This document shows positions 1 to 10,345 of a DNA stretch of 64,000 nucleotides, piece by piece (the first letter of the stretch is position 1; the number at the start of each line of letters is the position of its first letter). A model generated the notes under the pieces. The model was not told the DNA's origin. It did no database searches and worked only from the letters and a program-made list of their open reading frames with translations. Source of the stretch: Armatimonadota bacterium (lineage in GTDB: Bacteria; Sysuimicrobiota; Sysuimicrobiia; Sysuimicrobiales; Humicultoraceae). The stretch covers positions 25,019 through 89,018 of the forward strand of contig JBBIOB010000005.1 of the NCBI GenBank assembly GCA_037443565.1. The letters run 5' to 3'. Both the position numbers and the translations under genes were made by a program.

Positions 1-6
1 GCACCG

Positions 7-1191
7 ATGATCGAACACCTGTTCGCTATCTTGGAGTCTCAACAGAGTTCGCTGGCAGACATCAGGAGGGACGTCCACGCCCATCCAGAGCTGGCATTTG
101 CCGAAACCCGGACGGCAGGGATCGTGGCGGAGCGTCTCGACCGGGCAGGGCTCGACGTACAGATCGGGGTGGCGCAGACCGGGGTCGTGGGTATCCTCCG
201 GGGTGACAGGCCCGGTCGAACGGTGCTGATCCGGGCAGATATCGATGCGCTTCCCATCCAGGAAGCCAACGACGTGACGTACAGGAGCACGGTCCCAGGG
301 GTGATGCATGCGTGCGGGCACGACGGCCACACGGCGGTCGCCCTCGTGGTCGCCGAGGCACTCGCCGGGATGCGCTCGCAGCTTTCCGGCGCGCTGGTCT
401 TCGCGTTTCAACCCGCCGAAGAGATCGCAGCCGGGGCTCGTCCGATGATCGACGCGGGCGTCATGGACAATCCCAAGGTCGACGCGGTGGTGGGCCTGCA
501 CCTGTGGAACGACCTCCCGGCCGGTGTGGTGGCGATGCGGCCCGGCCCGGCCTTCGCTTCTATGGATGAACTCATCATTCGCATCGAGGGTCGGGGCGGG
601 CACGGGGCGATCACACACCAGAGCGCGGATCCCATCGTCGCCGCGGCGCAGGTCATCACCGCTCTCCAGACCGTTGTGAGCCGCGAGACGGCGCCTTTCG
701 ACACGGTGGTCGTAACCGTCGGGACCGTCTGGGGCGGCAGCGCGTTCAACATCATCCCCGACCACGTCGAGATGCGGGGAACCGTGCGGGCGTTCACCGA
801 GGAACTGCGCCTCCGAACATTGCGACGGATCGAAGAGATCGTGACCGGAGTCGCCAGCGCCATGCGCACGAAGGCCGCGGTGACCGTGCGGCATGGATGT
901 CCTCCGGTGGTCAACGATCCGAGTGTGACCCGGGTTGTTCGGGAGGTCGCGGAGCTGGCGGTGGGGCCCGGGCGCGTGTGGGAGATGGCCCCCACGACGG
1001 GCAGCGACGACATGGCCTGCTTCCTCGATCGCGCCCCCGGGTGCTACTTTGTCGTCGGTTCGCAGAACACGGCCCTAGGGCTCGACAGTCCGCACCACAA
1101 CGCGCGCTTTGACTTCGACGAAGGCGCGCTGCTCGTTGCCGCCAGGGTCTTGGGGGGCGCTGCCCTGAGGCTGCTCGAGCCGCGCGCGTGA
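7..1191 (+). CDS. M20D family amidohydrolase
   Basis: HAHPELAF, RADIDALP, MHACGHDGH, FQPAEE and HHNARFDFDE motifs. Confidence 0.92.
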   Translation: MIEHLFAILESQQSSLADIRRDVHAHPELAFAETRTAGIVAERLDRAGLDVQIGVAQTGVVGILRGDRPGRTVLIRADIDALPIQEANDVTYRSTVPGVMHACGHDGHTAVALVVAEALAGMRSQLSGALVFAFQPAEEIAAGARPMIDAGVMDNPKVDAVVGLHLWNDLPAGVVAMRPGPAFASMDELIIRIEGRGGHGAITHQSADPIVAAAQVITALQTVVSRETAPFDTVVVTVGTVWGGSAFNIIPDHVEMRGTVRAFTEELRLRTLRRIEEIVTGVASAMRTKAAVTVRHGCPPVVNDPSVTRVVREVAELAVGPGRVWEMAPTTGSDDMACFLDRAPGCYFVVGSQNTALGLDSPHHNARFDFDEGALLVAARVLGGAALRLLEPRA

Positions 1192-1205
1192 CGAGGGTGA
1201 GAGCG

Positions 1206-1994
1206 TCAGATCCCCCCGGGCAGCACTGAGGCCACGAACACCTGCAACGCCCGCGGGGCCGGTAGGCCGGCGGCGAGGAACGCATGCCACGCCTGGTGGA
1301 TCTCGTCGAGCATCGCGGCGGGGAGCATCGGGTCGAGCGGCGGCTCGATCCACGGGAGCGCGTCGACTTCGAGGGCGGCCTCGTCGCTGTAATCGATCAC
1401 GGCGGCCAGAAATGCATCCAGCCGGCGGCCTGCGAGCTCGGGAATCGGTGGGAGGGTACCCCACCGGTCCGCGTAGGCCGCGGAAAGGATCGTGACCAGC
1501 GCGCCCAGGGCGCCCAGCGCGCGCGCGCCCTCCCACCGTGCCTGGATGCTCTGGGCCGCATCCCCGGTGGTGCTGGCGCTTAGCATCGACGCCTCATGCA
1601 CTGTCGCGGCCAGCAGGGAACGGATCGCCTCGAACACGCGGTCCCGTGGTGCCGGACCGCGGTTGGCGCGTGAGATGATGGCCACCGCGGCCTCCGACGC
1701 CGACCGGCCGTGCCTCGGCGGGCAGATGCGTGGGAGTGTCACCGCGGTGACCGCCAGGTCACGGATCACCAGTGGCATATATGATGGATGCTCGTAGCGG
1801 AGCGGATCCGCTGCAATCCGCGCGACGAGCGCGCGGCGCGCGCGTGCCCCCAGGACGTCTGCGGACGCGATCAGGATACGGAGCGGCATGAAGATCACAG
1901 CCGTCCAGATCAGCAACGCGAAGATCCAGCGGTCGGGCCCATAGCCCAGCCCTGCCAGGACCGCCAGCGACGCGACGAACCCGGTGGCGCACAC
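1206..1994 (-). CDS. hypothetical membrane protein (start uncertain; frame stays open to about 2105)
   Basis: Long ORF with two N-terminal hydrophobic helices, filling the gap between convergent and divergent genes. Confidence 0.65.
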   Translation of the reverse strand: MCATGFVASLAVLAGLGYGPDRWIFALLIWTAVIFMPLRILIASADVLGARARRALVARIAADPLRYEHPSYMPLVIRDLAVTAVTLPRICPPRHGRSASEAAVAIISRANRGPAPRDRVFEAIRSLLAATVHEASMLSASTTGDAAQSIQARWEGARALGALGALVTILSAAYADRWGTLPPIPELAGRRLDAFLAAVIDYSDEAALEVDALPWIEPPLDPMLPAAMLDEIHQAWHAFLAAGLPAPRALQVFVASVLPGGI

Positions 1995-2269
1995 CGCCAG
2001 CAGCCACCGCCCCGCGGCCCGCCGGGTGTCGGGATCGGCCAGGGAGCTCAGGAGCAGACGCGCGCGGATTGCCAGACACCTCCTGCCGGTTGAGGCCGGC
2101 GCCCCATCACCTCATCACGGATGTTCACCATGGGGCCTCAGGGAGTTCGACAGCCAGCCCTACCGGTTCCTTGGGCGTCGGAGTGGCCGTGGGGCGGGGT
2201 CAGGGTCGCGGAACAGGGCGCGTCCCATGGGCCGTTAGCAGTGTACACGACTGCGTAGGGGGCGCGAGG

Positions 2270-2845
2270 ATGCGTGGTGGAAGCTTGCTGGCCGGGGCGG
2301 TGCTGATCCTGCAGTCACTTACGCTTCTGCCCATCGGGGCCTTTCGCATCGCCCCGCCCGAGAGCCGTGTGGAGTTCGTCATGCGAGACAACCGCGGCGG
2401 GTTTGTCGGCATGACCGATCAGGTCGACGGCACGGTGACCGTTACTCAGGCTGCTCCCGACACCTTCACCGCGATGGTCGAGGCGCGGATCGACGCGCGG
2501 ACCCTCGACACGGGCAACGGGCTGCGTAACGGCCAGATGCGGCGCGACTTCCTCCAGACCGACCGCCATCCGTTCATCGTATTCAGAGGGAGGGCGACAA
2601 GCGACGGCCGGTTGACCGGCGGGACCATCCGCGCGGTGCTGCGGGGATCGCTGGCAATCCGGGAGACGACGAGGGAGATCGAGATGCCCCTGTCGGTAAC
2701 GGCGCTGGCCGACGAGTACCGGGCGACCGGCGAAGTCACCATCAGGCTCAGTGAGTATGGGATTCCTATCCCAAGGTTTCTCGTGTTCGCAGCTGAAGAT
2801 CCGGTGACCGTCCGTCTCCGTGTCCTCCTGCGGCGGTCTCCGTAG
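2270..2845 (+). CDS. YceI family lipid/polyisoprenoid-binding protein
   Basis: Signal peptide; SRVEF, LDTGNGLRN..M, and YGI motifs. Confidence 0.85.
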   Translation: MRGGSLLAGAVLILQSLTLLPIGAFRIAPPESRVEFVMRDNRGGFVGMTDQVDGTVTVTQAAPDTFTAMVEARIDARTLDTGNGLRNGQMRRDFLQTDRHPFIVFRGRATSDGRLTGGTIRAVLRGSLAIRETTREIEMPLSVTALADEYRATGEVTIRLSEYGIPIPRFLVFAAEDPVTVRLRVLLRRSP

Positions 2846-2916
2846 GGCCCGCGGCCGCCTCCGCGGGGCCGCCCGCCAAGGACGGAGTCCTGGACCGTCG
2901 AATAGTCTTCCATATT

Positions 2917-4278
2917 ATGGATCAGGCGCTCGCCTACGCGCGTGAGCACCGCGCACGGTTCGTCTCGGAGCTCATCGACCTCGTTAGGATCCCCAGTGTA
3001 TCCACCGTTCCGGAGCGGGCCGGGGATGTCGTCCGGGCGGCGCGGTGGCTGGCAGATCATCTCGCCGCCCTCGGATTCCGGACCCGACTCGATGCCACGG
3101 AGCGACATCCGATCGTACGGGCGGACTGGTTGGGCGCCGAGGGCCGGCCGACGGTGCTGTGCTACGGCCACTTCGACGTGCAGCCGGCGGACCCCCTGGA
3201 GGAGTGGATCCACCCGCCGTTCGAGCCGGCCGTGGTGGATGATGTGCTCTACGCGCGGGGGGCCTCGGACGACAAGGGGCAGCTGTTCGTCCACATCAAG
3301 GCGGTGGAGTCCATCCTCCGCACGGCCGGAGCGCTGCCCGTGAACGTGAAGTTCCTGCTCGAAGGCGAAGAAGAGATCGGAAGCCCCTCGCTGATGACCT
3401 ATGTGCCGCGCTATCGCCGCCAGCTCGCGGCCGACGCGGCGCTGGTGAGCGACGGCGCGCTGTTTGCCCCAGACCTTCCCACGATCACGACCGGTCTGCG
3501 CGGTCTGCTCTACACCGAGATCGCCGTCACCGGCGCGCGGCGGGATCTCCACTCAGGGCAGTACGGCGGGGCCGCGCCCAACGCCGCGACCGAGCTGGTG
3601 CAGATCATCGCCGGGCTGAAGGACAAGAGGGGCCGCATCCGGGTTCCGGGATTCTACACGCGTGTGCGCCAGCCGGAGGCCGCGGAGCGCGAGACATGGG
3701 AACGGCTGCCGTTTGACGAGCGCGGCTTTCTCGCCGAGATCGGCACGGAGGTCGCGCCGGGCGAGCGCGGCTACTCGATCCTCGACCGGCTGTGGGCGCG
3801 CCCGACGCTCGACGTGAACGGCATCTCGGGAGGATTCACCGGCGAAGGCATGAAGACCGTGATCCCCTCGCGTGCGACGGCCAAAGTCAGCATGCGCCTG
3901 GTGCCCGACCAGCGGCCTGATCGGATCTTCAAGCAGTTTGCCCGGGCGGTCGGCCGGTTGGCACGGCCCGGCGTGACCGTCGAGGCACGGCATCTCGCCT
4001 CGGCGCCACCCGTGCTCGTTCCGTCCGATGCGCCCGCGGTCCGTGCCGCGGCTGCGGCGCTCGAAGCCGCCTTTGGCACCGCGCCGGTCTACGTGCGCAG
4101 CGGCGGCACCATCCCGGTCATCGCGGCGTTCTCCCAGACGCTGCGCATCCCATCGGTGCTGATGGGGTTCGGTCTCCCCGACGACAACCTGCACGCGCCC
4201 AATGAGAAGTTCGCGCTGGCCAACTTCCACCGCGGCGTGGAGGCGGTCATCCGGTTCTGCGACCTCTACGGACGATGA
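2917..4278 (+). CDS. M20 family dipeptidase
   Basis: YGHFDVQP, ARGASDDKGQ, EGEEE, DLHSG and HAPNE motifs. Confidence 0.92.
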   Translation: MDQALAYAREHRARFVSELIDLVRIPSVSTVPERAGDVVRAARWLADHLAALGFRTRLDATERHPIVRADWLGAEGRPTVLCYGHFDVQPADPLEEWIHPPFEPAVVDDVLYARGASDDKGQLFVHIKAVESILRTAGALPVNVKFLLEGEEEIGSPSLMTYVPRYRRQLAADAALVSDGALFAPDLPTITTGLRGLLYTEIAVTGARRDLHSGQYGGAAPNAATELVQIIAGLKDKRGRIRVPGFYTRVRQPEAAERETWERLPFDERGFLAEIGTEVAPGERGYSILDRLWARPTLDVNGISGGFTGEGMKTVIPSRATAKVSMRLVPDQRPDRIFKQFARAVGRLARPGVTVEARHLASAPPVLVPSDAPAVRAAAAALEAAFGTAPVYVRSGGTIPVIAAFSQTLRIPSVLMGFGLPDDNLHAPNEKFALANFHRGVEAVIRFCDLYGR

Positions 4279-4327
4279 TGCGCGCCGTCGAGGACTGCGT
4301 CGGCACCTGGGGCATCGGGGCAATCCT

Positions 4328-5596
4328 GTGCCGGCGCTGACAATCACCTACCCCGCGCGATACCGCCAGCTCGCCGCGGTGGTCGGGGCCCTCGGTGCGA
4401 CAGTCGCTGCCGTTGCCATATCCACGGTACCGGCCCTTTCGCGCGATCTCTGGATCCTATTCGGCCTGCTCTCCATCATCTCAGCAACGATCGTGTTCGA
4501 GCTCCCCATGGGCATTCACTACAACCCACAGAGCGGGATCTCGCTCGCCGCGCTCTTCCTGTTCGGCTGGCAGTTCGCGGTGATCCTGAGCGTGCTCAGC
4601 CTGGCGGTCTTCTGGATTCGCGTGCAGCGGCCGTTCTGGCGGGGGGCGTTCGATCTGGGCAACGTCACCCTCAGCCTGCTGGCCGCCGGGCTTGCGGCGC
4701 CGGTGGGGGTTGATGCGTTGTCTCCGGCGGTACTCGGTCAGTTCGCGGCCGCCGGCGTCCTGTACGCGCTCGCGAACACCGCCTTCACCTTCGGGGGCCG
4801 GAGGGTCCAGATCGAGGCCTCGCCGCTCGTTGAGCCTCCGAGCGTCGCCCGCGCATTGCTCCTCTCCGCGAGTATGGCACCGGTCGGCTTCATCATCGCG
4901 CTGCTGTTCCAAGCGTTCGGCAGCAGCGGCGCGCTGCTGGGGTTCAGCACATGGCTCTTCGCCAGTCTCGCGCTTCGGGGGACCTACGCGGCGGTGGCGG
5001 CGCAGCGGCGGCTGATCGAGACCAACAAGCGGCTCGAGGAGGCCCTGGTTGCAGTGGAGCGGCTTTCGATCACCGATCCCCTGACCGGTCTGTACAACCG
5101 ACGCCACTTTCGCGTGCGGCTCGAGGAGGAGTTCAAGCGCGAGTTGCGCGGCGCGACGCCCTTCTCGCTCATCCTGCTCGATCTCGTGAACTTCAAGTCG
5201 GTGAACGACCGGTGGGGACATCTCGCGGGTGATGTCGTGCTCCAGCAGTTCGCCAGGCTGCTCGACGGTGCCGTGCGGCCGGGCGACCTCGTCTTTCGCT
5301 ACGGGGGGGACGAGTTCACGATCATCCTCCCGCGTACGGACAGGGCCGGCGGCGTCGCGATTGCGGCCCGGCTGGTGAGCCTGGTCGGGTCTGCAACCTT
5401 CGCGGTGGGTGCCGAGCGCGTCTCGCTGGGGGTGGAGACCGGCATTGCCACGGCGCCTACCGATGCGACCGGTCCCGACGCGCTCATCGGGGCGGCGGAC
5501 CGCGCCATGTATCGCGCGCACGACCGGCGTCGGGGTGCCGACGCCGGGCCGGCGGGCCAGCTCGGCGCGCAGCCCCAGCCCCAGTCGCAGTCGTGA
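4328..5596 (+). CDS. membrane-bound diguanylate cyclase (GGDEF)
   Basis: Multiple TM helices, then TDPLTGLYNRR, FKSVND..GH..GD, an RPGD I-site and RYGGDEF. Confidence 0.9.
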   Translation: MPALTITYPARYRQLAAVVGALGATVAAVAISTVPALSRDLWILFGLLSIISATIVFELPMGIHYNPQSGISLAALFLFGWQFAVILSVLSLAVFWIRVQRPFWRGAFDLGNVTLSLLAAGLAAPVGVDALSPAVLGQFAAAGVLYALANTAFTFGGRRVQIEASPLVEPPSVARALLLSASMAPVGFIIALLFQAFGSSGALLGFSTWLFASLALRGTYAAVAAQRRLIETNKRLEEALVAVERLSITDPLTGLYNRRHFRVRLEEEFKRELRGATPFSLILLDLVNFKSVNDRWGHLAGDVVLQQFARLLDGAVRPGDLVFRYGGDEFTIILPRTDRAGGVAIAARLVSLVGSATFAVGAERVSLGVETGIATAPTDATGPDALIGAADRAMYRAHDRRRGADAGPAGQLGAQPQPQSQS

Positions 5597-6108
5597 CCAG
5601 CCCGTCCGGAATGCTCGACGCCGCGCGGCTCTGGCTGAGCGGTCTCTCGCCCGCTGAGCAGGCGGTGGGGATCATCGGGCTGACCCTCATTCCCTGGATC
5701 GAACTGCGCGGCTCGATCCCCCTTGCGATCGCGTTGGGCTGGCACCCCCTGGCGGCCGGGGTGCTGGGCATCGCGGCCAACTGGCTGATCATCGTGCCGG
5801 GGTATGTCTTCCTCGAGCTGTTCTACCACCGATGGCTCTCGCGGCATGCGCTGTGGCGGCGGATCGTTGAGCGGGTGCGGGCGCGGGGTGCCACCATGGT
5901 TGAGCGCTACGAACTGTTAGGTCTGGCGCTCTTCGTCGCGGTCCCCCTGCCCGGCACCGGCGCGTACTCGGGCACGCTGCTGGCGTGGCTGCTCGGGCTC
6001 AACAGGGGGAAGGCGCTCGGCGCGGTGGCCCTGGGGGTGGCGCTGGCCGGGGTCGCGATCACGCTAGTGGCATCGGGTGCGGCGGCGGCGCTCCGGAGGA
6101 TCCTCTAG
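5593..6108 (+). CDS. COG2426 small multidrug export-like membrane protein
   Basis: PWIELRGSIP and FVAVPLPGTGAYSG motifs. Confidence 0.85.
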   Translation: MTSPSGMLDAARLWLSGLSPAEQAVGIIGLTLIPWIELRGSIPLAIALGWHPLAAGVLGIAANWLIIVPGYVFLELFYHRWLSRHALWRRIVERVRARGATMVERYELLGLALFVAVPLPGTGAYSGTLLAWLLGLNRGKALGAVALGVALAGVAITLVASGAAAALRRIL

Positions 6109-6236
6109 CCCGGAACGTGATTTTGGCCTCTGTCGTAGGTTTGAATACGGTGCGGTCGTGCTAGAATACAATGTCAGGGACCGCCCGGACTCCAGAAGAC
6201 GATGACGTGGCTCGACCCGATGAGAGGAGGCTGAGG

Positions 6237-7811
6237 ATGCAGAGGGTGATGCACATCGCAATTGCCGTGGTGGTGGGCCTGGCGCTCGCCTACGGGGGGA
6301 TGAGCCCGGCCAGCGGCGCTCCGGCGCCAACGCGCGGTGGCACACTGGTCATCGCGCAGGGCACGGACGCCACCACCCTGGACGGGCATATGTACACCGA
6401 TTCGCCCACCGCCAGCATCATGGAGCACATGGTGGAGCCCTTGTTCAACTTCACGCCGGAGGGCAGGATCGAGCCCAAGCTGGCGACCGCGTTCACGGTA
6501 TCCCCGGACGGCCGGACCTGGACCATCCGGCTGCGCACCGGCGTCCGGTTCCACGACGGCACGCCGTTCAACGCCGAGGCGGTGAAGTTCAACCTGGAGC
6601 GGGTGCTCAACCCCGATACCAGGGCGCCGTGGCGGTTCCTCATCGACCGCATCACCAGCGTCACCGCCGTCGACGACAGCACGGTCCGGCTGGTAACCAA
6701 CGCGCCGTTTGCGCCGATGATTGCCCACCTGGCGCACAGCGGCACCGGAATCCAGAGCCCCACCGCCATCCGCCGGCTGGGCGCCGACTACTCCCGCAGC
6801 CCGGTGGGCACAGGACCGTTCAGGTTCAAGGAGTGGGTGCGGGGCGACCGCGTGGCTATGACCCGCTTCGACGACTACTGGGGTGACAAGGCCCTGCTGG
6901 ACGAGGTGGTCTTCCGGGCCATCCCCGAGGACGGCGCCCGCGTGCTGGCGATGGAAGGCGGTTCGGTGCACGTGGCCGTGCGGGTCCCGCCGCGCGACAT
7001 CGAGCGGCTGGAGCGGATCCCCGCGGTCCGCGTGGACAGGACCACGTCGGTCCGGACGATCTTCGTGGCGTTCAATACCCAGCGGCCGCCGTTCAACGAC
7101 AGGCGTGTACGCCAGGCGTTCAACTATGCCGTGAACAAGAGTGCCATCGTCGGTCGGTCCTCCCCGCCCACCGGCGCGCTTGCCGGGACCGCCCGGATCT
7201 CCGACGCGCCGATCGCGCCCAACGTGCAGGGGTACAGTCCGATCAGGACCTACGACGCCGACCTCGACCGCGCGAGGGCGCTGCTGGCCGAGGCGGGGCA
7301 TGCCCGCGGCTTGACAGTCACCTTCCACCATCCCACCGGGCGGTATGTGCGCGATGCCGAAATCTCGGCGGGCATCCAGGCGCTGCTGCGCCGCGTGGGG
7401 GTGGAGGCCAGGCTCGTGACCATGGAGTTCGGGACCTACGTGGCCACCCTCCGTGGCCCCAAGGCGATCGACGAGATCCAGATGAGCATGTTGGGCTGGG
7501 GTACGATCACCGGCGATGCGGACTACGGCCTGTACGCGCTGTTCCACTCGTCGCAGTGGCCGCCGCAGTTCAACACCGCGTTCTACAAGAACGAGCGCGT
7601 GGACGCGCTGCTAGAGCAGGGGCGCACCACCATGGACCAGAGCGCGCGCAACCGCATCTACCGCGAGGCGATGACGATCATCATGGACGACGCGCCGTGG
7701 CTGTTCCTCCACAGCGAGTCGCAGGTGACCGGGATCCGCGCCGAGGCGCAGGACGTCATCGTGCACCCGACTGAGCGCATCGTGGCCACCAAGGCCTGGA
7801 TCCGGCGGTAG
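6237..7811 (+). CDS. peptide/glutathione ABC transporter substrate-binding protein (family 5)
   Basis: Signal peptide; LRTGVRFHDGTPFNAEAVKF and PVGTGPF motifs; followed by two permeases. Confidence 0.92.
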   Translation: MQRVMHIAIAVVVGLALAYGGMSPASGAPAPTRGGTLVIAQGTDATTLDGHMYTDSPTASIMEHMVEPLFNFTPEGRIEPKLATAFTVSPDGRTWTIRLRTGVRFHDGTPFNAEAVKFNLERVLNPDTRAPWRFLIDRITSVTAVDDSTVRLVTNAPFAPMIAHLAHSGTGIQSPTAIRRLGADYSRSPVGTGPFRFKEWVRGDRVAMTRFDDYWGDKALLDEVVFRAIPEDGARVLAMEGGSVHVAVRVPPRDIERLERIPAVRVDRTTSVRTIFVAFNTQRPPFNDRRVRQAFNYAVNKSAIVGRSSPPTGALAGTARISDAPIAPNVQGYSPIRTYDADLDRARALLAEAGHARGLTVTFHHPTGRYVRDAEISAGIQALLRRVGVEARLVTMEFGTYVATLRGPKAIDEIQMSMLGWGTITGDADYGLYALFHSSQWPPQFNTAFYKNERVDALLEQGRTTMDQSARNRIYREAMTIIMDDAPWLFLHSESQVTGIRAEAQDVIVHPTERIVATKAWIRR

Positions 7812-7850
7812 GTCGCGTGGCGATGCGTACGTGAACGTCGTGAGCGCTCG

Positions 7851-7885
7851 CGGGGGGAGGGCCGACGCGGCTCTCCCCCCGTTTT
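7851..7885 (+). terminator. stem-loop between SBP and permease genes (partial terminator or mRNA stabiliser)
   Basis: CGGGGGGAGGGCCG-ACG-CGGCTCTCCCCCCG followed by TTTT. Confidence 0.65.
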
Positions 7886-7909
7886 GTGTGGGGGTCTGAA
7901 CCCAGAACC

Positions 7910-8830
7910 ATGTGGGCGTATATCGCCAAGCGGCTGCTGCTCGCGGTGCCGGTCATGCTCGGCGTGGCATTTATCGTCTTCGCGATGGTCCGGCTCATTC
8001 CGGGCGACCCGGCGATGGTGATCGCCGGGCAGGCGGCCACCCCTGACTACATCGCCGCTATCCGCCGTGATCTGGGTCTGGATCGCCCCGTCGTCGTGCA
8101 GTTCGGCGTGTACCTGACGAAGATGGCCCAGGGCGACCTGGGTCGGTCGATCCGCTCGCACGCTCCAGTGTGGGAGGAGCTGTGGGCGCGATTACCCAAT
8201 ACGATCCAGCTTGCGGCGGCCAGCATGGCGGTGGCGACGTTCGTCGGGGTGGGGGCGGGCATTATCTCCGCGGTGCGACCCTACTCGCTGGTGGACGCGG
8301 CCGTCATGGTGATCGCGCTGACGGGTCTCTCCATCCCCATCTTCTGGTCGGGCCTGATGATGATCCTCGTCTTCTCGGTGATCCTGGGATGGTTCCCCTC
8401 CTTCGGGACCGGCTCACTGGCGCACCTCGTCCTGCCGTCGGTCACGCTGGGGATGACTTCTGCCGCCATCATCGCGCGCATGACCCGCTCGAGCATGCTG
8501 GAGGTACTGCGCACCGACTACATCCGGACCGCCCGGGCCAAGGGCCAGGTCGAGGGGATCGTGATCGGACGCCATGCCTTCAAGAACGCGCTCATCCCAG
8601 TCATCACGGTCATCGGGCTGCAGACCGGCATTCTGCTGAGCGGCGCGGTGCTCACCGAGAGTGTCTTCGCCTGGCCCGGCGTAGGACGCTTGCTCGTCGA
8701 GGGTATCCTCACCCGAGACTACCCGGTGGTGCAGGGGGCGGTGCTCGTTGTCGCCCTGACGTTCGTCATGGTGAATCTGCTTGTGGACATTCTGTACGCG
8801 GCGGTTGACCCGCGTATCCACTACCGGTAG
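7910..8830 (+). CDS. peptide ABC permease (DppB/GsiC-like)
   Basis: PGDPA, DYIRTARAKG EAA loop and RDYPVVQG motifs. Confidence 0.92.
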   Translation: MWAYIAKRLLLAVPVMLGVAFIVFAMVRLIPGDPAMVIAGQAATPDYIAAIRRDLGLDRPVVVQFGVYLTKMAQGDLGRSIRSHAPVWEELWARLPNTIQLAAASMAVATFVGVGAGIISAVRPYSLVDAAVMVIALTGLSIPIFWSGLMMILVFSVILGWFPSFGTGSLAHLVLPSVTLGMTSAAIIARMTRSSMLEVLRTDYIRTARAKGQVEGIVIGRHAFKNALIPVITVIGLQTGILLSGAVLTESVFAWPGVGRLLVEGILTRDYPVVQGAVLVVALTFVMVNLLVDILYAAVDPRIHYR

Positions 8831-8839
8831 GAGCCTGCG

Positions 8840-9727
8840 GTGCGCGAAGGCACGTTGATCGCAGCGCAGGAGGTCCCTGCCGTCCGGGCGGGGCGTATGG
8901 TGCTGGCCTGGCGCCAGTTCCGCCGGAACCGGGCCGGGCTGATCGGCCTCGGCATCATCGTCATGTTTCTTCTCGTCGGCCTGCTGGCTCCCGTGCTCTC
9001 GCCATACGACCCTTACGACGTGGACTTCGAGCGCAGCCTGCACGGGCCGAGCCGCGAGAGCTGGTTCGGGTGGGATGAGCTCGGGCGGGACGTGTTCAGC
9101 CGCGTCATCTACGGCGCGCGCGTCTCGCTGGTTATCGGGTTGATCGCGGTTGCGATCGGGGTCTCGGTCGGCGTGCCGCTTGGCGCGCTGTCGGGCTACT
9201 ACGGCGGGGTGGCAGACCTCTTCACGCAGCGCTTCGTGGACATCATGATGGCCTTTCCCGGCATCCTGCTCGCCATCGTGATCGTGGCGGTGTTGGGTGT
9301 AGGGTTGGTTCAGGCCATGATTGCCATAGGCATCGTGTCGATTCCGGTCTACGCGCGGCTGGTCCGCGGCCAGACCCTGTCGCTTCGCAACCAAGAGTTC
9401 GTGGAGGCGGCGCGCGCCATGGGGGCAGATGTGGGCCGCATCGTGCTCCGGCATGTCCTGCCGAACACCCTGGCGGTCATCATCGTGCAGTCCACGCTGC
9501 AGATCGCTTCCGCGATCCTGACCGCCGCGGCCCTTGGCTTCCTGGGTCTCGGTGCCCAGCCCCCAACCGCCGAGTGGGGCGCGATGCTGAGTGGCGCGCG
9601 TCAGTACCTGCGCTTGGCACCGCACGCGGTGACGTTCCCCGGACTGGCCATCATGACCACCGTCCTCGGGTTCAACTTGCTCGGCGATGCCATCCGTGAC
9701 GCGCTCGATCCGCGCATGCGCATCTGA
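8840..9727 (+). CDS. peptide ABC permease (DppC/GsiD-like)
   Basis: GRDVFSRVIYG, EFVEAARAMG and GDAIRDALDP motifs. Confidence 0.92.
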   Translation: MREGTLIAAQEVPAVRAGRMVLAWRQFRRNRAGLIGLGIIVMFLLVGLLAPVLSPYDPYDVDFERSLHGPSRESWFGWDELGRDVFSRVIYGARVSLVIGLIAVAIGVSVGVPLGALSGYYGGVADLFTQRFVDIMMAFPGILLAIVIVAVLGVGLVQAMIAIGIVSIPVYARLVRGQTLSLRNQEFVEAARAMGADVGRIVLRHVLPNTLAVIIVQSTLQIASAILTAAALGFLGLGAQPPTAEWGAMLSGARQYLRLAPHAVTFPGLAIMTTVLGFNLLGDAIRDALDPRMRI

Positions 9728-9827
9728 CGCCGCCCGGTCCGTCGCGGCATGCGTTGACACGCCCCATGTCGAACAGTAGGATGTGGACTTGTGGCCGCAG
9801 TGAGTGCGGTCCCCGGGGAGGTGGGAG

Positions 9828-10304
9828 ATGGAGCCAGTCGGGCACCACTACATCGCCGAGGCCTCGGGATGCGACCCCGACATCATCGGCAGGGTTGAGA
9901 CCGTCGAGCAGATCCTCGTGCGCGCCGCCGAGATCGCGGGCGTTACCGTCTGGTCGATCTCCTTTCATCGGTTCTCCCCCAACGGCGTCTCCGGCGTCGT
10001 CGTCATCTCAGAGTCGCACCTGTCGGTGCACACGTGGCCCGAGTACGGGTACGTCGCCCTCGACATCTTCACGTGCGGGAACGAGGCCAAGCCCGAGGCG
10101 GCGGTGCATCACGCGCTGAAGGCGTTCGGCGCGTCCTCGATGCACATCACCGAGGTCACCCGCGGTCTGGAGGAGGGCGACCGCCAGTTCTTCCACAGCA
10201 TCGTGACGTGGGAGGAGTCGCTGTCCGGGCGGAACGGGCAGACGCGGGCGAAGCCCGCAAAGCCCGCGCGCAAGTCGACCCGCCGGCCGACGCATTCGCG
10301 CTGA
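9828..10304 (+). CDS. speD: S-adenosylmethionine decarboxylase proenzyme (pyruvoyl type)
   Basis: GVSGVVVISE|SHLSVHTWPE cleavage motif and DIFTCG. Confidence 0.88.
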   Translation: MEPVGHHYIAEASGCDPDIIGRVETVEQILVRAAEIAGVTVWSISFHRFSPNGVSGVVVISESHLSVHTWPEYGYVALDIFTCGNEAKPEAAVHHALKAFGASSMHITEVTRGLEEGDRQFFHSIVTWEESLSGRNGQTRAKPAKPARKSTRRPTHSR

Positions 10305-10345
10305 GCGAGGTGGTCACGCCCTCCGAAGGGCGGTAGGCAGTCGTC

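Noticed and set aside
6237-9727. Peptide ABC operon lacking ATPase genes
   Set aside because: Common; ATPases are often shared in trans
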